NCBI RefSeq assembly: GCF_036321535.1
Contig: NC_087436.1
Span: forward strand, 41,480,001 to 41,544,000
DNA: 64,000 nucleotides
Reading direction: 5' to 3'
Source: Camelus dromedarius
Lineage: Eukaryota
The notes under the pieces were generated by a model. The model did not search any database, had not been told where the DNA came from, and was given only the letters and a program-made list of their open reading frames with translations. Below, piece by piece: positions 1 to 14,499 of the stretch. The first letter of the stretch is position 1; every line of letters begins with the position of its first letter. The translations under genes were made by a program, and so were the position numbers.

Positions 1-20
1 GAGAACCCGTAGGATCTTAC

Positions 21-673
21 TGTTACTAAATCAAACTTGGGTCCACTCGCTCTTGTACAGTAAATCTAATCTACTGACACTGGGTTGTGGTGAAGAAACG
101 TGCAACATTTACTGCAGGCACCAAGCAAGGAGTCTGGGCAACTAATGCTCAAAAGACCGAACTCGCTGATGGGTTTCAGGGAAAAGTTTTTAGAGACAAG
201 ATAAAGGAAGGGAGTCCTAGGGTATGTGATCAGCTAGTGCACAATTCTCTGATTGGTTGATGGTGAGAAAAAGGGTGATGTTACAGGGGTTAATTATCAA
301 TCTTCAGGTTCCAGCCAGTCTGGAGACTATGTGTTCTTGGCCATCATGAAGTTAACAACTTCTGTCTGGTGGGAGTTTTAGTATCTAAAGCAACTCAGGA
401 GTATGCATCAGACATTTATCAATGTTCTTCAGGGAAGAAGTAAAGATTGTGAGACTGCTTTATGGCTGATGTACTGTTTAAATCGTTGCTGGTTCTCCTA
501 GCCCAATTGTTGTTTTTTGTTACTATATCTTCACATTCTTTCAGTCATTAATTCTTGAGTCAGCCTTTTGTGACTCCGGGGAGATTACCGCTTTTTTACA
601 AACAAGAGGCAGGCAAAAGACATGAAGTGGGGTTCTGTCTCGGGAAGGCATTATAGGGTCTTGCTTGATTACA
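21..673 (-). mobile_element. Solo LTR, ERV1-like
   Basis: Bounded by TGTTAC at 21 and TTACA at 673; flanks TTAC/TTAT give a 4-bp TSD with 1 mismatch; internal CTGATTGG (CCAAT box on the minus strand). Orientation is inferred. Confidence 0.7.
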
Positions 674-2213
674 TTATTTAGAATTGACATTCTCTGTTGT
701 AACTTTGCTGTCTTAATATAAATGCTGTCTTTGGGATTACATTCGTAACTTCTGACCAAGAAATGAATGGGAATAATTTCTTATTACTTCCAGTTAGAAA
801 CACCTATGAAAGTAATCTGATTGGTCTGGCTTACTTTGAGTATGCATTTCCTAACTATGAGTAGATTAAAATAATGTAATTGAAGTTTTTTCAATATTTA
901 TTTTAAAATTATAATACATTATAATTTATGCATATATGTGTTTCCCAGTTACCATGGAACTCTTTAGAATGTTTGAGGATAACAGTGTAACAATTATTTT
1001 AAGTAGTAGGTTCACAAAAGTCAAGGAGAACTCTAAGAACAATTGGAATATTATGTGATAACTAGTAATAAAATGTAAGAGTGGAGAGGAAAGTTGTGAG
1101 CTGCTATATTAAACATCTGTAACTATATTAAACAAATGAAAATATGGTTAAAGAATATTTAGATATATGAAATGAACTTTCTCAGTGCTCAGACCAAAAC
1201 AAACAAGTTGGGTATTGTGAACATGGACTATGATATATACAAAACAGTGTAAGAGAGATTTCCCGTGTTTGAGGTTCTTGGAGAAATAAGAAACATGTTA
1301 AATTCTCCAGCAATGTAAAATTGTATCTGATTGATTTAAATTAATATCACCATCAATAGGTACATTATGTTATGTTATAATATATTATATTTATTACATT
1401 ATGTGTAAACATTTAGGGGAAGAAAGGTCATGGTTAGTAGGGTGCCCAGCTACATGGAAGATAAGGTCTTTTATTAGGAAATAATAAATTGGCAATAATT
1501 AAATCTGAATACACAATGAGATAAAGCACATTTCCACACACAAAGGCATAAACAACCAATGGTCTTGAATAGACTTCTCATATGAACAAATTATTTACAT
1601 TGGAAAATGAAGAAAAGAAAGGAAAATTTATGATGCAGCCAAATTGAAGGGAGTCTTAGAAACTAAGATATATGTATATGACAGTGCAGAGCTAATAAGT
1701 ATTTTTAACAGAACAATGGAAAAATGAAAGCAGATTAATTAGTAAAGTCCAGGATTGTTGGAAATACTAGAAAATAAGAAGAAGAAAAAAAAAAGGAAAC
1801 TGGAAATGCCAGAATAGATGAGATGGCACTATCTGGCTATACAGTCAGGAGTACACAGACTAGATGAAGAGCAGAGAGTACGGGAAGATAGAGCCATTGT
1901 CAGGAGGTTATTAATTGAGAACTGCTGAGAAAGGGAACAATAAGCACTTAGTTCTGAGAGTTTTATTCTTAAAATCCCTGCCCTCTGTTTAAGACGCTTT
2001 TCTAGACTGTCTCCCAGCTATTGCAGTAATCTTTGGTCAGTCTCAAGTGCAAGGGAAGATGAGGAAATTATTTTAAGTTGACATTGTCTAGCTAGATATA
2101 ATTGGAAATCTGTTACCACGGGGGAAAGAAAACATGGATATACATGGGTATAGAAAATGCAGTATTACATTTATGCAAAAATAGTAACAGCAGTCTCTGT
2201 TTTTAATTCATAG

Positions 2214-2857
2214 TGATGCAGGAAAACAGATACGGGGCATGAGAAGGGCTGTGTCCCAGGCTTCGGTTGAGCCCCTGGGATGTGCTCCACCAAGCATGGG
2301 TCCTTGGCTTCGTGCAGGAAGGAATTCAAGAGCCAGCCACAGTTGAGTGAATTTATTCAGAGAGATACATTGAAAGGCAAGAGAAAGGCCACGAGGTGTA
2401 GGGGTTGGGTGCTTAGATTAAAAGTAGGTACACACTCCATAGACAAGAGTGTGGGCCATCTTAGAAGAGGGAGAGAGAGGGGCAGCCCTGAGGCACTGTG
2501 TTGCTGATTTTTATGGGCTTGGTGGCTTCATATGCTAATAAGTGGAAGGACCTGTCTTAAGTAGCCTGGGGAAGGGGCTGGGATTCCCAGGAAGTTGGCC
2601 GTTTCCCACTCTTTGACTTTTGTGGCTAGCCTTGGGACTGCCATGGTGCCTGTGGGCATGTTTTTCACCATGTTAATATATTACCATGGGTGTATAATGA
2701 AGCTCAAGATCTACTAGAATTTAAATTTCTCATCATCCTGAGCCTCAAGGCCTACTGGGGGTTGAATCTTTCACCATTTTGATGTTAATTGCTGTGTCAT
2801 TCCTTGAAAGTCTGTGCCATTGCTTGAAAGGCTGTGCCCTGCCCCCTTCCTGTCTCA
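2214..2857 (-). mobile_element. Solo LTR, ERV1-like (family A, copy 1)
   Basis: TG...CA ends; flanks ATAG/ACAG; TTTATT (minus-strand AATAAA) near 2352; clear reverse-complement homology to 43126-43758. Confidence 0.9.
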
Positions 2858-5089
2858 ACAGGAAACTGAATTTTAAGCTTTTTCTAAAAGAAATAGCAAA
2901 TTCTGGGACTGGAAATAAATTGAGTTTCCAGTTTGGACTTAAGGGCCCACATAATTCTGACATTACTTGATATATACTCCATAATATTGAAACAAAATTT
3001 TAACCCAGCATATTTATCATGCAATCTCCAGTTTATCATATATTCGAATGAGAAAATAAATGTACGTAGGATTACATGATGGTTTTATTTTGAGCAAATA
3101 TGGTTGGTGTAAAACTAAAAGGTTATATGCATTCCTATATCAGGATCAATTTACACATTTTGAAATGTTTAGAGAGAAAACAAACCAAGTGGATGTGGGA
3201 GCATTTTCCAGTTATAGTAGCTTATCTATAAATCCTTAAATTAAGATAGGCTAAGATAAGTTATGCAAAAAGGAATGGAGATTTTTCTCTTATTTGTAAT
3301 ACAATATCGTGTTAGACAAGTCTTCTAAATATGAATTAATGCAAATAACTATAATTGTATTTACATTAGCATAGGGCATAAATAATAAAGATTTGCTAGA
3401 TATTCACTTCTTCCATAAAGTGCTTGTGCTGAAACATAACCACCCATTAAGTAAAGGTCAACCAGAGACTTTCTGAAGCTGTTGTCTGAATGACTTTTAT
3501 TTTTTTGCTGTTGCATTTGTAAATCCTTGTACATGCTGAGCTAGGGCCTATTTATGGCATTCATTCATCACTCTCCTGTTTACCACTGCCAAAGTACCTA
3601 TTTCAATTCAAAATAATGCATCTACATTTGACATATGTAAACATTAGAGGCAGAAGAGGGATACTTTACCATGATACAAGAAGAAAGAAATGGGAGTAAT
3701 GGGATGGAATTAAGAGAATGGCAAATACCAAGAGAAATTGCCAAAATCATTTTTTTTTAGCCTTAACAAAGAACTTCCAAAAGAAACAAGGGCAAAATAT
3801 CCTTTGAAACATTTGACCAAGACCAGAGCAAAAACAACGGGAAATTTAAAGAGTAAGAGTTTCACTTTGAGTATAAAATTAACTGAGGAAACTTTAATCT
3901 GTAGTCCCTTCATCAGAAATCCTATTTCATTATTACCTAGGAAAGTACCAGTAACTGAGTTTGAGTAGATATACTGTCTCCCCACCCCCACCCCCAAAAA
4001 AATTACATTAAAAAAAAAAAACAGAGGTAATGCATGATGGTATTGTACCTTAAGTCTAGAATAAATAAATAAATTATTCATTGTTATTTTTTTATTCTCA
4101 AAAATATTAGGTTTGATTTGTTACTTTAATTTAAATCAGGGAAGATGAGTTTCTGTTGTTTCCTTTCATCCAAGCTCATTTGCAATCAAAGGAACCTGAA
4201 AAACTAGTTCAGCGTTTCTTAAAATTTACCAGTTAAAATGACAGAAATCTGTTCATTACTGCAGACCCAATGAACCAATATTTTTGAGGATGATTTTGTA
4301 TACACTATCATATACCCTAGGGAAGTCCAAAGCACTCTTAAATTTGAAAAGCATTGGACTACACACTAGTATAAACTCTACCCTGAAGGCTTCCTAGGAA
4401 CCAGTGTAAGTTGAATATCAGTGAAATTAAAGTATAAAAAATTGATAGTCTACTGATGTATTATGTGCATATTTCACATTTATATGTTATTAATGTATAC
4501 TACACATTTTAATAGATATTATGTATATACATAATATACTTTCCTACATCTGTCTGTGCATAGACAGAAAGCAGTATATGTGTATTATATTCTGTTTAGA
4601 TTGTACCTTCTTGTAAACTAATTGAAAACAGTATTTTTGCCTGATACATTTTTTATTATATCCCTGATCATTGCACTTTTCATTTAGTATTCTAGGTATT
4701 CAAGTTGAAAATTATGCTACTTATATGTTATGAGAACATATACTCGAAAGTATGAAAGGAGATAGCAATATATTCTAACTTGTATGTAGGATGATACTTA
4801 AATATGTGATATATTTGGTCTTGTGTGAATACACTTCATCCATTTTTATCATTTCTTCTCAGTTTCTCTGTTATCATCAGCTATTAAAACACAGACCACT
4901 CTGAAAGTTAAATATGACTATTTAAAATCAGTCTAAATGGTCTAGTTTACTTTCTGTGAGTAATGGAAGTTAGAATAATTTCTCTGTCTTGAGGATAAGA
5001 GGAAGTGGCAGATGAGTAGGTAAACTTAACCAGCAAGTGATCAGATATAAAAAGGCATTTGTGACAATTACAGCAGAAGTTATCTCTTA

Positions 5090-5250
5090 CAACTTAGAGA
5101 ATGACCTTAGAAGATAACTAGCTCAGCTATACAATTTAAACATTAGAAAACTCAAGCCAAGAGCTATTAAATGAGTAAGCCAAAATAACTCAGAGAATTA
5201 ATTACGGACTTGGAACCAAAATCTAGTTCTCTGAACTTTAACTTTGATAC
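5090..5250. mobile_element. Degenerate MIR SINE fragment
   Basis: Faint match to the MIR core (agaaaactcaagccaagag...ggacttggaaccaaa). Confidence 0.4.
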
Positions 5251-5782
5251 TATTTTTTTTAATGTGTGTTGCCTTCATAGACTCCATGACATTTACTCAA
5301 CCTCTTTTTTTATAAGGAAGATCAAAATGTGTTTTCCCATCTTGAGTCTTTCATCAGTATGTGTAATTCAGCATCCTGAGTTGGCTAGCTAGTTATGTGA
5401 ATGAGCAGTTTGAATATGTGTGTGTGGCTAGTACCTTAGAAAACCCACTGGATTATTTAGCTGAGGCAATAGTTGTAAAATAAAATGAAGCTAGCTTCAA
5501 CAAGCTTTGTTGTTGAATAGAGGAAAAAAATATGAAGCAGAGAAAAGTCATAACAAAATCAGAAGGTAAAGTAGAGGAACATTAAAATAAATAATATAAT
5601 TATGCTCACATAGTGAAGCTAGTGAACACCTTTATTCCTTTTGATCCCTTCAGTTGTACCTAAACAAAAATTGCTGATTTTTCTCAGTTTTTACCTTCTT
5701 GAAATATGTCCATTGAAGTTCCCTTTTCAGTGTGCTAAAAGGAAAAGCTTCATGGACCAAGTCCCCTGGTTGTTAAAATTGT

Positions 5783-5808
5783 AAAAAAAAAAAAAAAAAA
5801 AAAAAAAA
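5783..5808 (+). repeat. Poly(A) run
   Basis: Long A homopolymer seen directly. Confidence 0.9.
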
Positions 5809-6199
5809 GGAAGAACAGAAATAATTTATGGCATGTGAAACACAATCCACGCCCTCCTTTCCCTTCTCAGATTAGCATGACAAAAACTCTTCTTCTATAG
5901 ATACAGCCAAAAAACAAGGCTCCTTCTTCCCCTTCCTCCTAGTTAAAGAGTTGTGATATCTTCCTAGGGGGGCAGAATGTCTGTATTTTTCATCATTCCC
6001 TCAGCTACCTGTTATACAGGTATTTTCTGACTGAGTGAGGCCAACAGTTGTCTTGTGTGTGTGTGTGTGTTGAGATTGGGGAGGTCCTCCTGCCCAGTCT
6101 GCATTCATAGGATAGAGACTACCTTGGACTTGGCACACTTAATTGACCTTACCCTGGCCCTAGTGAGAAGTGGATAAACATTTCTAAATCAATAAAGCT

Positions 6200-9100
6200 A
6201 GTTACATAACAAACAAACAAGCAAATAACAGAAATAAACCATGGGAAATGGGGCAGAACCCAGAATTCTTATATAATGTCTACGTTTCAACAAAAATTAT
6301 AAGACATGTACAGAAACAAAATAGAATCATACATGGGGAGAGAAAAGCAAGCAACAGAAACTGCCAGTGAGAGTAACCAGATGTTGGATTTAAAAGACAA
6401 AGACTTCAGAATAGCCATTGATAAATAATGGCTCAAATTTTCAATGAACTAAAGGAAACCATGTTTAAAGAAGTGAAGGAAAATATGATGATAATATCTT
6501 ATCAGAGAATATCAATAAAGAGAAATGATAAAAAAGAACTAAATGGAGATTTGAGGTTGAAAAATTCAATAAATGAAATTAGAAACTCACTAGATAGGTT
6601 CAATATTAGATTTTAAACAGCAGAGAAAAATATTAGCTAAGTTGAAGGTAGTTCAATAGAGATTATGCAATTTGAAGAACAAAGGAAAAGAATGAAAAGA
6701 AAAAAAAACAGAATGTCAGAGAAGTGGTGAGTACCTAAAAGACAACATTGTACATGTAATGGGAGTACCAGGAAAAGAGAGAAAAATATGCAATGAACGT
6801 TGTAAAACTTCCAAAATTTGATGAAAATTATTATCTGTGCATCCAAGAAGCTTACCAAAATCTAAGTAGGATAAGCACAAAATAATCTACAAGCAGACCC
6901 ATCACAATGAAAATGCCATAAGCCAAAGACAAGGAGAAATTTGGGAGGTAGCAAGAGAAATGACTACTTATAATGGACCCCAATAAGAATAGTGGCTTAC
7001 TTATCAACGGAAACAATCAAGGCCAGAAGGCAGTAGGATGACATATTCAAAATGTTAAACGAGAGGAAAAACTGTCAACCAAGAACTTTACATCCAGAAA
7101 AGCCACCTTAAAAAATGAAGGTGAAATAAAGGCATTATAAGAAAAACAAAAACTAAGAGAATTTGAAGTTAGCTGACCCACCTTACAAAATATACCAAAG
7201 GAAAGGGTTTTCAGGTTTTCTGTAAGTGATTCCAGATGGTAATTCAAATCCAGATGAAAAAGCAAAAACACTGGTAAAGACAACTATGCAATAATAAAAG
7301 ACAGTCTCAGTACACATCTCATCTCCTTTCTTCTCTTAGCTGATTTAAAAACCAATTGCATTAAACAACATGTACATAATATTGCTGAGCTTATAGCATA
7401 TACAAAATAAAATATATTATTCAATGCTAGCACAAAGGAGGCAGGTGTAAGCAAGGCAGTGTCAGGCTAAGTAAATGACTCCAGATTGTAAATGAAACCC
7501 ACAGGAAAAAAGTGAAGGGAAACAGAAATGGCAAACAGGCAGTTAATATTACAAAAGCTATAAATATAGACTTTTTCTTCATTCTAATTTTCTTTAAAAG
7601 ATGTAAAATTATAAAAATAATAATTATAAAAATTTATTATTGAGTATGTAACATATATATAGATGAAATATGTATATTAACACCCTCATTACATTTCTGT
7701 ATTGCACTGGAATAAATCTGAAACAGATTCTAGTAAGATGTATGTGGTAGCCCTAGAGAAATCACTATTAATTCAGAGTTAAATAATGAAAAATGATAGA
7801 AAAAGTTAAAATGTCACATTAGAAAATACTCTATTTTGGCAATTAAAGCAATAAAGGAGAGTTACAAACACAGAAAAAGACATGAGAGGTACAGGAAACA
7901 AAAAGGTAAAAGGGTAGACAAATTAAATCATATTAATAACTTTAAAAGTAAACTGATTAAACAATGCTATCCAAAGGGAGAGATCAAAAGGATTAAAAAA
8001 ATATTCTGCATATGTTGTCTACTGAGACACACTTCAGAATCAAGCATACAAATAGATGGAAAGTAAAAGAATAGAAAAAAAAGATATATCATGCAGGCAG
8101 CAACCAGAATAAAGCTGTAGTAGCTATGTGAATACCAGACAGAACTGATTTTAAAATGTTTTTAGAGATACAGGGATACATTTTGTAATGGTAACAGTCA
8201 AAAACATCAGGAAACTAGGACAATTATAAAAATATTGAAGCATAAAAACAGAGCCCCCAAAAGCATGAAGCAGAAACTCATAGAAATGAAGGTTTATATA
8301 GATATTTAACAGTAATGATTAGAAATATCAATACTGCCACTTTGAATAATGGATAGGAAGACTAAACCGATGATCAATGAGAAATAGACGATTAAAAAAA
8401 CACTGTAAACTGATTAGATCCAACAAACATCAATAGAGCACACCATCCACCAATACAATAATATGTATTTCTTAAGTGAAGATGGAACCTTGTCCATGAT
8501 ATAATAACGCTAGTGGTTTAAAATATAGTGCATTTTTTTTACATGAGGTATTGTAAGGTTAACAGATTGAGAGATAGTTGCGTTGATAAGATAATTTATT
8601 ACTCACAGTACTCAGAAGGAGAGGACAGGCCACACTGTGCAGGGCCACAGGAGAAAACACTGCTGTTGGCAGCAAACAGACTGAGAGACAAGTGTAGGCA
8701 AGAATCTTTAGTGTGGTTTATGTGGGAAAGAATGGGTGAGGCATGTAAAACAGGTAAACTAGACTGTTCCTAGTTATTTGATCCCTGACCGGGCATGATC
8801 AGGGCATGTTTATAGTGGCCCAGAGTGTGAGAGTTCAACAAAAGAAGTAGATGGATTGTGGACTCTGGGTTGTTTGGTCTGTATATACAGAAGTATATAA
8901 GTGAGCGAGTTTTCAACTATGTCTAAGAACAAGGTACTAAACTGTCAAAGCATTAGAAGACAGAAAAATATAAAAAAACGAAAAACAGACAAACAAAAAG
9001 ATGATTACTACAGCTAGGCCATAAAATGAATCACAATAAATTTAAAGGGCTTAAAACAATAAAAAGTAGTTTTTCCTTACCACATGGAATAAAACATTAG

Positions 9101-9899
9101 AAAAGTAAAACAGTAACAAAAATAAATTGGGAAACTCAGAAATAGGAGGAAATTAAACAGCCCACAGAAAGAGCAATGGGCCAATGAAGAAGTCACAGAG
9201 AAATTAGAAATTACTTTGAGATGAATATAAAATAAAGACATAGAAATAAAAAAGACAACTTCTGGGAGACAATGAAAGCTTTGCTTAGAGAGAAATTTTT
9301 ACTTGTGTATGTCTGTATTAAAAAAGGAGAATGATGTCCAAACAGTAGCCTCACTTTTCACCTTAAAACACTGGAAGAAGAAGAGCAAACAAATCCTAAA
9401 TTATATAAGAGGAAAGAAATGATAATGAGAACAGGAAATAATGAAATGAAATGTGAAATAGAAAAATAAGAAAATTTTAAAAATCCCAAAGTTCTTTCTA
9501 TAAAAAGATTGTCAAAATGCACAAAACATCAGATAGATTGATCAAGAAAAAAAAATAAAAGACTCCAATTATCAGAATCAGAAATGATAAACACTACTGA
9601 TGACTTTAGCAAGACAGTAGATCGATAATATTGCTTAATTATTATGAAATGGATCCATTCTTAGAAGTCAAAAACTACAAAAGTTGACTCAAGAAAAAAA
9701 AATTTTAATTTAAGAGCTCTATAAAAAATAGATGGAATTTATCATTTATTCAGGGATAAATCAGTTGGCTAAATTAGTAAATGTTACTAAATACTTAAAG
9801 GAGAATATATATGTATTCTGTATGTACTCATAAAAAAGATAGCAGAGTAAACAACACTTCAGTTCTGAGGCCAACATTACCCTGAAATCAAAACCCGAC
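6200..9899 (+). mobile_element. Old L1 (L1M-type) relic: ORF1, inter-ORF region and ORF2 endonuclease to start of RT; interrupted by an LTR at 8514-9012
   Basis: ORF 6428-6616 (…FNELKETMFKE…INEIRNSLDRFNIRF) is ORF1-like. Endonuclease-like text near 8010-8500 (tgttgtctactgagacacacttcaga, gatatatcatgca). RT-start text at 9865-9899 (tgaggccaacattaccctgaaatcaaaacccgaca). Many stops and frameshifts. Confidence 0.85.
8514..9012. mobile_element. Solo LTR, ERVL-class, inserted in L1 ORF2
   Basis: TG at 8514, CA at 9012, perfect 5-bp TSD GCTAG (8509-8513 / 9013-9017). The L1 sequence (…gctag|gccataaaa) resumes after it. Confidence 0.75.
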
Positions 9900-10336
9900 A
9901 CAAATGTGCATGGTAGCACTGCTCACAGTAGCCAAAAGTTGAAAACAACTCAGATGTCCATTAATAGATAAATGAACTAAAAATGGATATATACACACAG
10001 TTAAATATTAATTCAGCCATAAAAATGAATGAAGTACTGACACATGGTACAATGTGGATAAACTTCAAAAAATCAAGCTATGTCAAAGAATGTATTAAAA
10101 AACATTACAGGTAAATCCATAAAGATAGACAAAAACCATACTGGTGGTTGCTAGAGGGTGGGGAAAAGGGGATATGGAGTTTAATGAGTAGGGGTTTTCT
10201 GTTGGGGCATTGAAAATATTTTGGAATTTGATGTTGGAGGTAGTTGCACAGCATTGTGAATGTAGTAAATATCACTGAGTTGTAGAGTTTATAATGGTTA
10301 ATTTTATGTTTATGAACTTATGTTTATGAATTTCAC
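9900..10336 (+). mobile_element. L1MB-like ORF2 end and 3' UTR
   Basis: gcactgctcacagtagccaaaag…cagccataaaaatgaatgaagtactga…ttgcacagcattgtgaatgta…aataaaa, followed by an A-rich tail. Confidence 0.85.
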
Positions 10337-12699
10337 ACCAATAAAACATAAAAAAAGACCAAATCATATGTACTTACTTCTAAATAGGAAAGAGTTAGAC
10401 TTTTCGTGTTATGTACTATAATTTTTATCTACACTACTTTGCTAGTTATTGATGAGTAATTTGTTCTGAAATAAGAATAAGAAGTTGTGGATAGTATTTA
10501 TGAATATTTCTAAATTTCCAAATAATCTCTTTTACTGCCTCACTCAGATCTTAATATTAGACTCATATCTTGATAAAACATTGATTGAATGAACAAATAA
10601 AATGTGGTAAATCTTAAATACTTATTACAAATATAAAATATATTATATATATATAATGTATATATTAGACCTGGTATGATTAAAACGTTAAAAAGAAGAA
10701 ACTTACTAAAGGAAATCAGAGTATAGGGTTTTGAGGCCCAAAACTGAATTAGCGGGGATGAAGGCTGAGAAGTAAAGCAATAATAGAAAGAAAAAAGCTA
10801 AAGAGCAAATAAAAATAAACCTACTTATAACTATGCTAATATCCATGCACTTAAAAGCAAGAGATATTATTAGAGATAAAAGTGTATTTCACAATAAAAA
10901 TTCAACAGGAAGTTTTTACAACTATAAATTATTATTCTATTACTAATCTAAAACTAATTATGAAACAAAACTAAATGAAAGAGTATATAATAAATAGTTT
11001 AATATAGAAAAATACATGAAAAACACATTTCATATGGTGAAATAAATATATATGTGAGTATAAAACGATTCAAAGACCATTTCATCTGTGTATCATTTTG
11101 AGAATACTATAGAACTACTCAAGAAATAAGCAATCAAGAAAGGAAGCTGTAGAGATGTGAAAATCAGATTAAATAGTTTTAAGTTTGCAATGGAAAAATA
11201 ACCTTTTAATCTAAGTCGTTATATACATTTGAGATGATTGAGAATTGTATGATACTTTGGTTATCTGTGATAATTAAACATTCTGAGAAAGAAAAGAAAA
11301 CCTTATTAATAGGAATAAATATATGGCATAGAAATACAAGTACTTTAATGATTTCTGCAAAAACTTGTCATTGAAGTGCATACACTTACTATGTTATAGA
11401 AGGTTAAAAGTAAAAGGGCAATCCAAGGGGTTATAAGGAATAACAAATCAGAACAGTAATAGCACTCTTAAACTTAGACATAAAGTCAAATATGTAATTG
11501 GAGTGTTTTAGAGATATTTTCTGAAAAAAATATTTATAGTTGACTATAAATAAAATCCTTAAATTATTTAAAATTAGACATTTAAAATCTGCATTGCATA
11601 AATCAATAAAATTAGAAATAAATAATACAAAATTTTACAAGTTATATACTAAAAAATTAAGAAGTACATGTTTTGATATGAGTGCACAAAGGAAACATTT
11701 AATGAAAAATTCCAATTGTCACACTGTCTACTACATCTTTAAAGATACAGTATCTTTAAAGATAAAGTCAAGTATTGGGACCAAATAGCTTTATAACTAA
11801 GAAAACATTTCATTTATAGTGTATGCCAGGAAATTGGAAAATACAGTAAGAATGTCCAGTACTACAGCAACACATAGTACGATAGATAAATCATTCAGAG
11901 ATTTACAGATATACAGATATACAATGCATGTTTTAGGAAGGGCAGATCAAGATATGCGAAGTATTTAAGTAAGTAGAAGGGAAATAAGCATTTAAGTAGA
12001 GAAATAATACCAAATTTCCTATTGATAGCTCCAACAGAAAAAAGTTTGGATTGGTTTAAGAAACACAATATTACTAGCAATTGACAAAAATTTTTATACA
12101 AAGTATTGTTTGTCAGTAGTTATGCTCAGGAAGATCATATTTTGTGTCACCAAGTTTGGATTTCTAGCTCTAGGTAATATACTAAGGAGATACTGGGCTG
12201 TACAGGCAGATGGTGCCATGAATGTGATCCCTTAACTTAGTGGGAATGCTGGAGAAACTCCATAGAAAGGTGAGATTTTCCTCTAAGATTTAAACTGTAA
12301 AATCAATTTGAAATAGTGTATCTGATCAGATATAAGTCAAAAGAGACCATCAGAATGGTTCTCAGGTCAGCAAAGTTTGACTAGAATATGAATGAGTGAA
12401 TTTATCCGTCTAAGAAGTTTGAAAGGCAAAGGATCCAAGAATAGTAAACATGAGACAAATAGCATGGGCAGTGTCCGTCTGTGTACTATCCAGTAGACAC
12501 AGGACAACTGAAACTATCACAACTTGAATGTCTATGGATCTTCTCTAGGGGAGAAACATCTTTATGTAGCTTAAAACTAACAGTTCCCTCAGTAACATCA
12601 ATGTTCTATTGTGTGATTAAGCATCAGACAATCAGAATTTGTAGTCACTTAATATTTGGATCATGCAGTCTCTCTTATTCTGACACTATTCAAGGAATA

Positions 12700-12880
12700 G
12701 CAATAATTCATTAGAAGCAATTTATAGGCATAGTATGATTCCTTGAATACTAACTAGGTGCCAGGTTCCGATATCAACACTTTACATATAATACTTCATT
12801 TTGTTCTTGCATCAACCCTGAAGGGATTCTTTTACTGTCCCTTTTTGGCAGTGACTACCCTGAGGTTGATATTAAATCAA
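12700..12880. mobile_element. MIR fragment
   Basis: actaactaggtgccagg…ttttacatataatacttcattt…aaccctgaag…tgaggtt. Confidence 0.5.
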
Positions 12881-14499
12881 GAATATACAGCACATTTTGT
12901 TGATATAAGAATAGTAATAACAGAAAAGAGTGTATGATAATATTTCATACATCAATTTAATATAAAAATCTGTGTATATGTATTCACAGTGTTAGAATAT
13001 ATATGACATTTTTGATCATAGAGAAAATAAACATGAGTAATCTGTAAACTGTTAAAGTGAGTTTATAAATAACTCAGAAGTATTATGAATAAACTAAGGA
13101 AGATGGAGTCTAGTATATTAATGATTTACAATTATACTCTGGAAAAAATCTGAGATGAAGCAAAAGAATTATCTTTAAATTAGATGTGTTTAATAGGAAA
13201 TTTTTAGATAGGTGAAATGAAGTGGGACTAGTCAATACATATTATATACAAGGCATATATTTTATATTAATTATATAAATGCAATATATATAAAATGCAT
13301 AAAGCATTATAAGCACAAACACCTATGAAATTAATTCAAGATTGTAAAATATAATCATAATCCTTCAATGGAAGCAACATTCAACTTTATGAATTAATTT
13401 TTTACACTTTGAATTCTTTCAGATAATGAAGTAGAGTAGATGTGGAAAATTTTATAGAAAAGTTATAAAGTTCATGAAAATCAAAAGGAAAAAGTGAAGT
13501 AGACTTATATTAGTAAAGTGCTGGCAAAAACTTAGTTGATGAATCTGGAAAAATATCAAATAAGAACAGAGAAGAGAAACTCATGCCAGCTAATTTCCAG
13601 AACAAATTAAGGGTACAGGCACAAGATGAATCTTACAATGGCTGGCAAGGGTTCAGCAATTATAAAACTGCAGAAGATGCTGTAAATCAAATCAACCTAA
13701 AAATGTTGGCAATGGTCAAATTTTGGAATGAACAGCAATAGCCACATAAAGAAGCAAAGTAAAGACAAAGCCATGAACAAGGTGGAATATGATTTATTTT
13801 TTCTCATTAAATGCCATTATAAATCACTATTTTAGAAAAGCATGTAAAAGTACGTTATCAATTATAAAGCATTCGCACTTAATATAATTTAAAACAAACA
13901 TAAAAACAATGTATGAACAGTTTCACACTTCATTTTGTGTACCAGTGATTCTCAACCACCAGCCTTTGAAGTTGTGATGCAGTTTTTTAATCACCTCCAG
14001 ATAACTGCCTAACCTTCCTGAAAGTTTTAGCTTGATTTCTGTTATCTCTTCTCCCAGTGTTCTCAATATAAAGTTCTATGCTAGAGACTTTAGAAAGATG
14101 GCCAGTCTCTTTGTGTGTTTCTAATGGAATCAGTGTTAACAGATTATAGTGAGGATGGAGGAAAACAGCAACCTGAACAATGCAAGAGTGATTTTATATG
14201 TTAAATGTTAATTTCTCCGTATTTTATTCTTCAGCCTTCTTGTAATACAACAACCAAAACTTCCTTTCTTTGAGTAAAAGAAACAAGGTTTGACATTTTT
14301 ACACCTTTCAAACCTTTGAATATGTTTTTAAAATACAGGGACACTTACTACATCTAAAAACTTAAAAATAACTTCAAAGTTATCATATTAAATTTTTCGG
14401 GTAAATCTAAAAATTGATTTTAGGTAATAGACACTACTTATGAAAATTTTGTTGGTAACAATAGTAATAGTAATTATTGGCACCAAAAATATTTTTAAA

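Noticed and set aside
3710..4081. 123-aa minus ORF overlapping a 76-aa plus ORF
   Set aside because: Low-complexity F/L/K-rich translation crossing a homopolymer; no recognisable domain.
4549..4568. Hairpin tctgtct-gtgcat-agacaga
   Set aside because: A short stem like this is expected by chance; no miRNA-length structure.
12470..12506. Imperfect hairpin tgtcc…ggaca
   Set aside because: Short and bulged, with no RNA-family signature.
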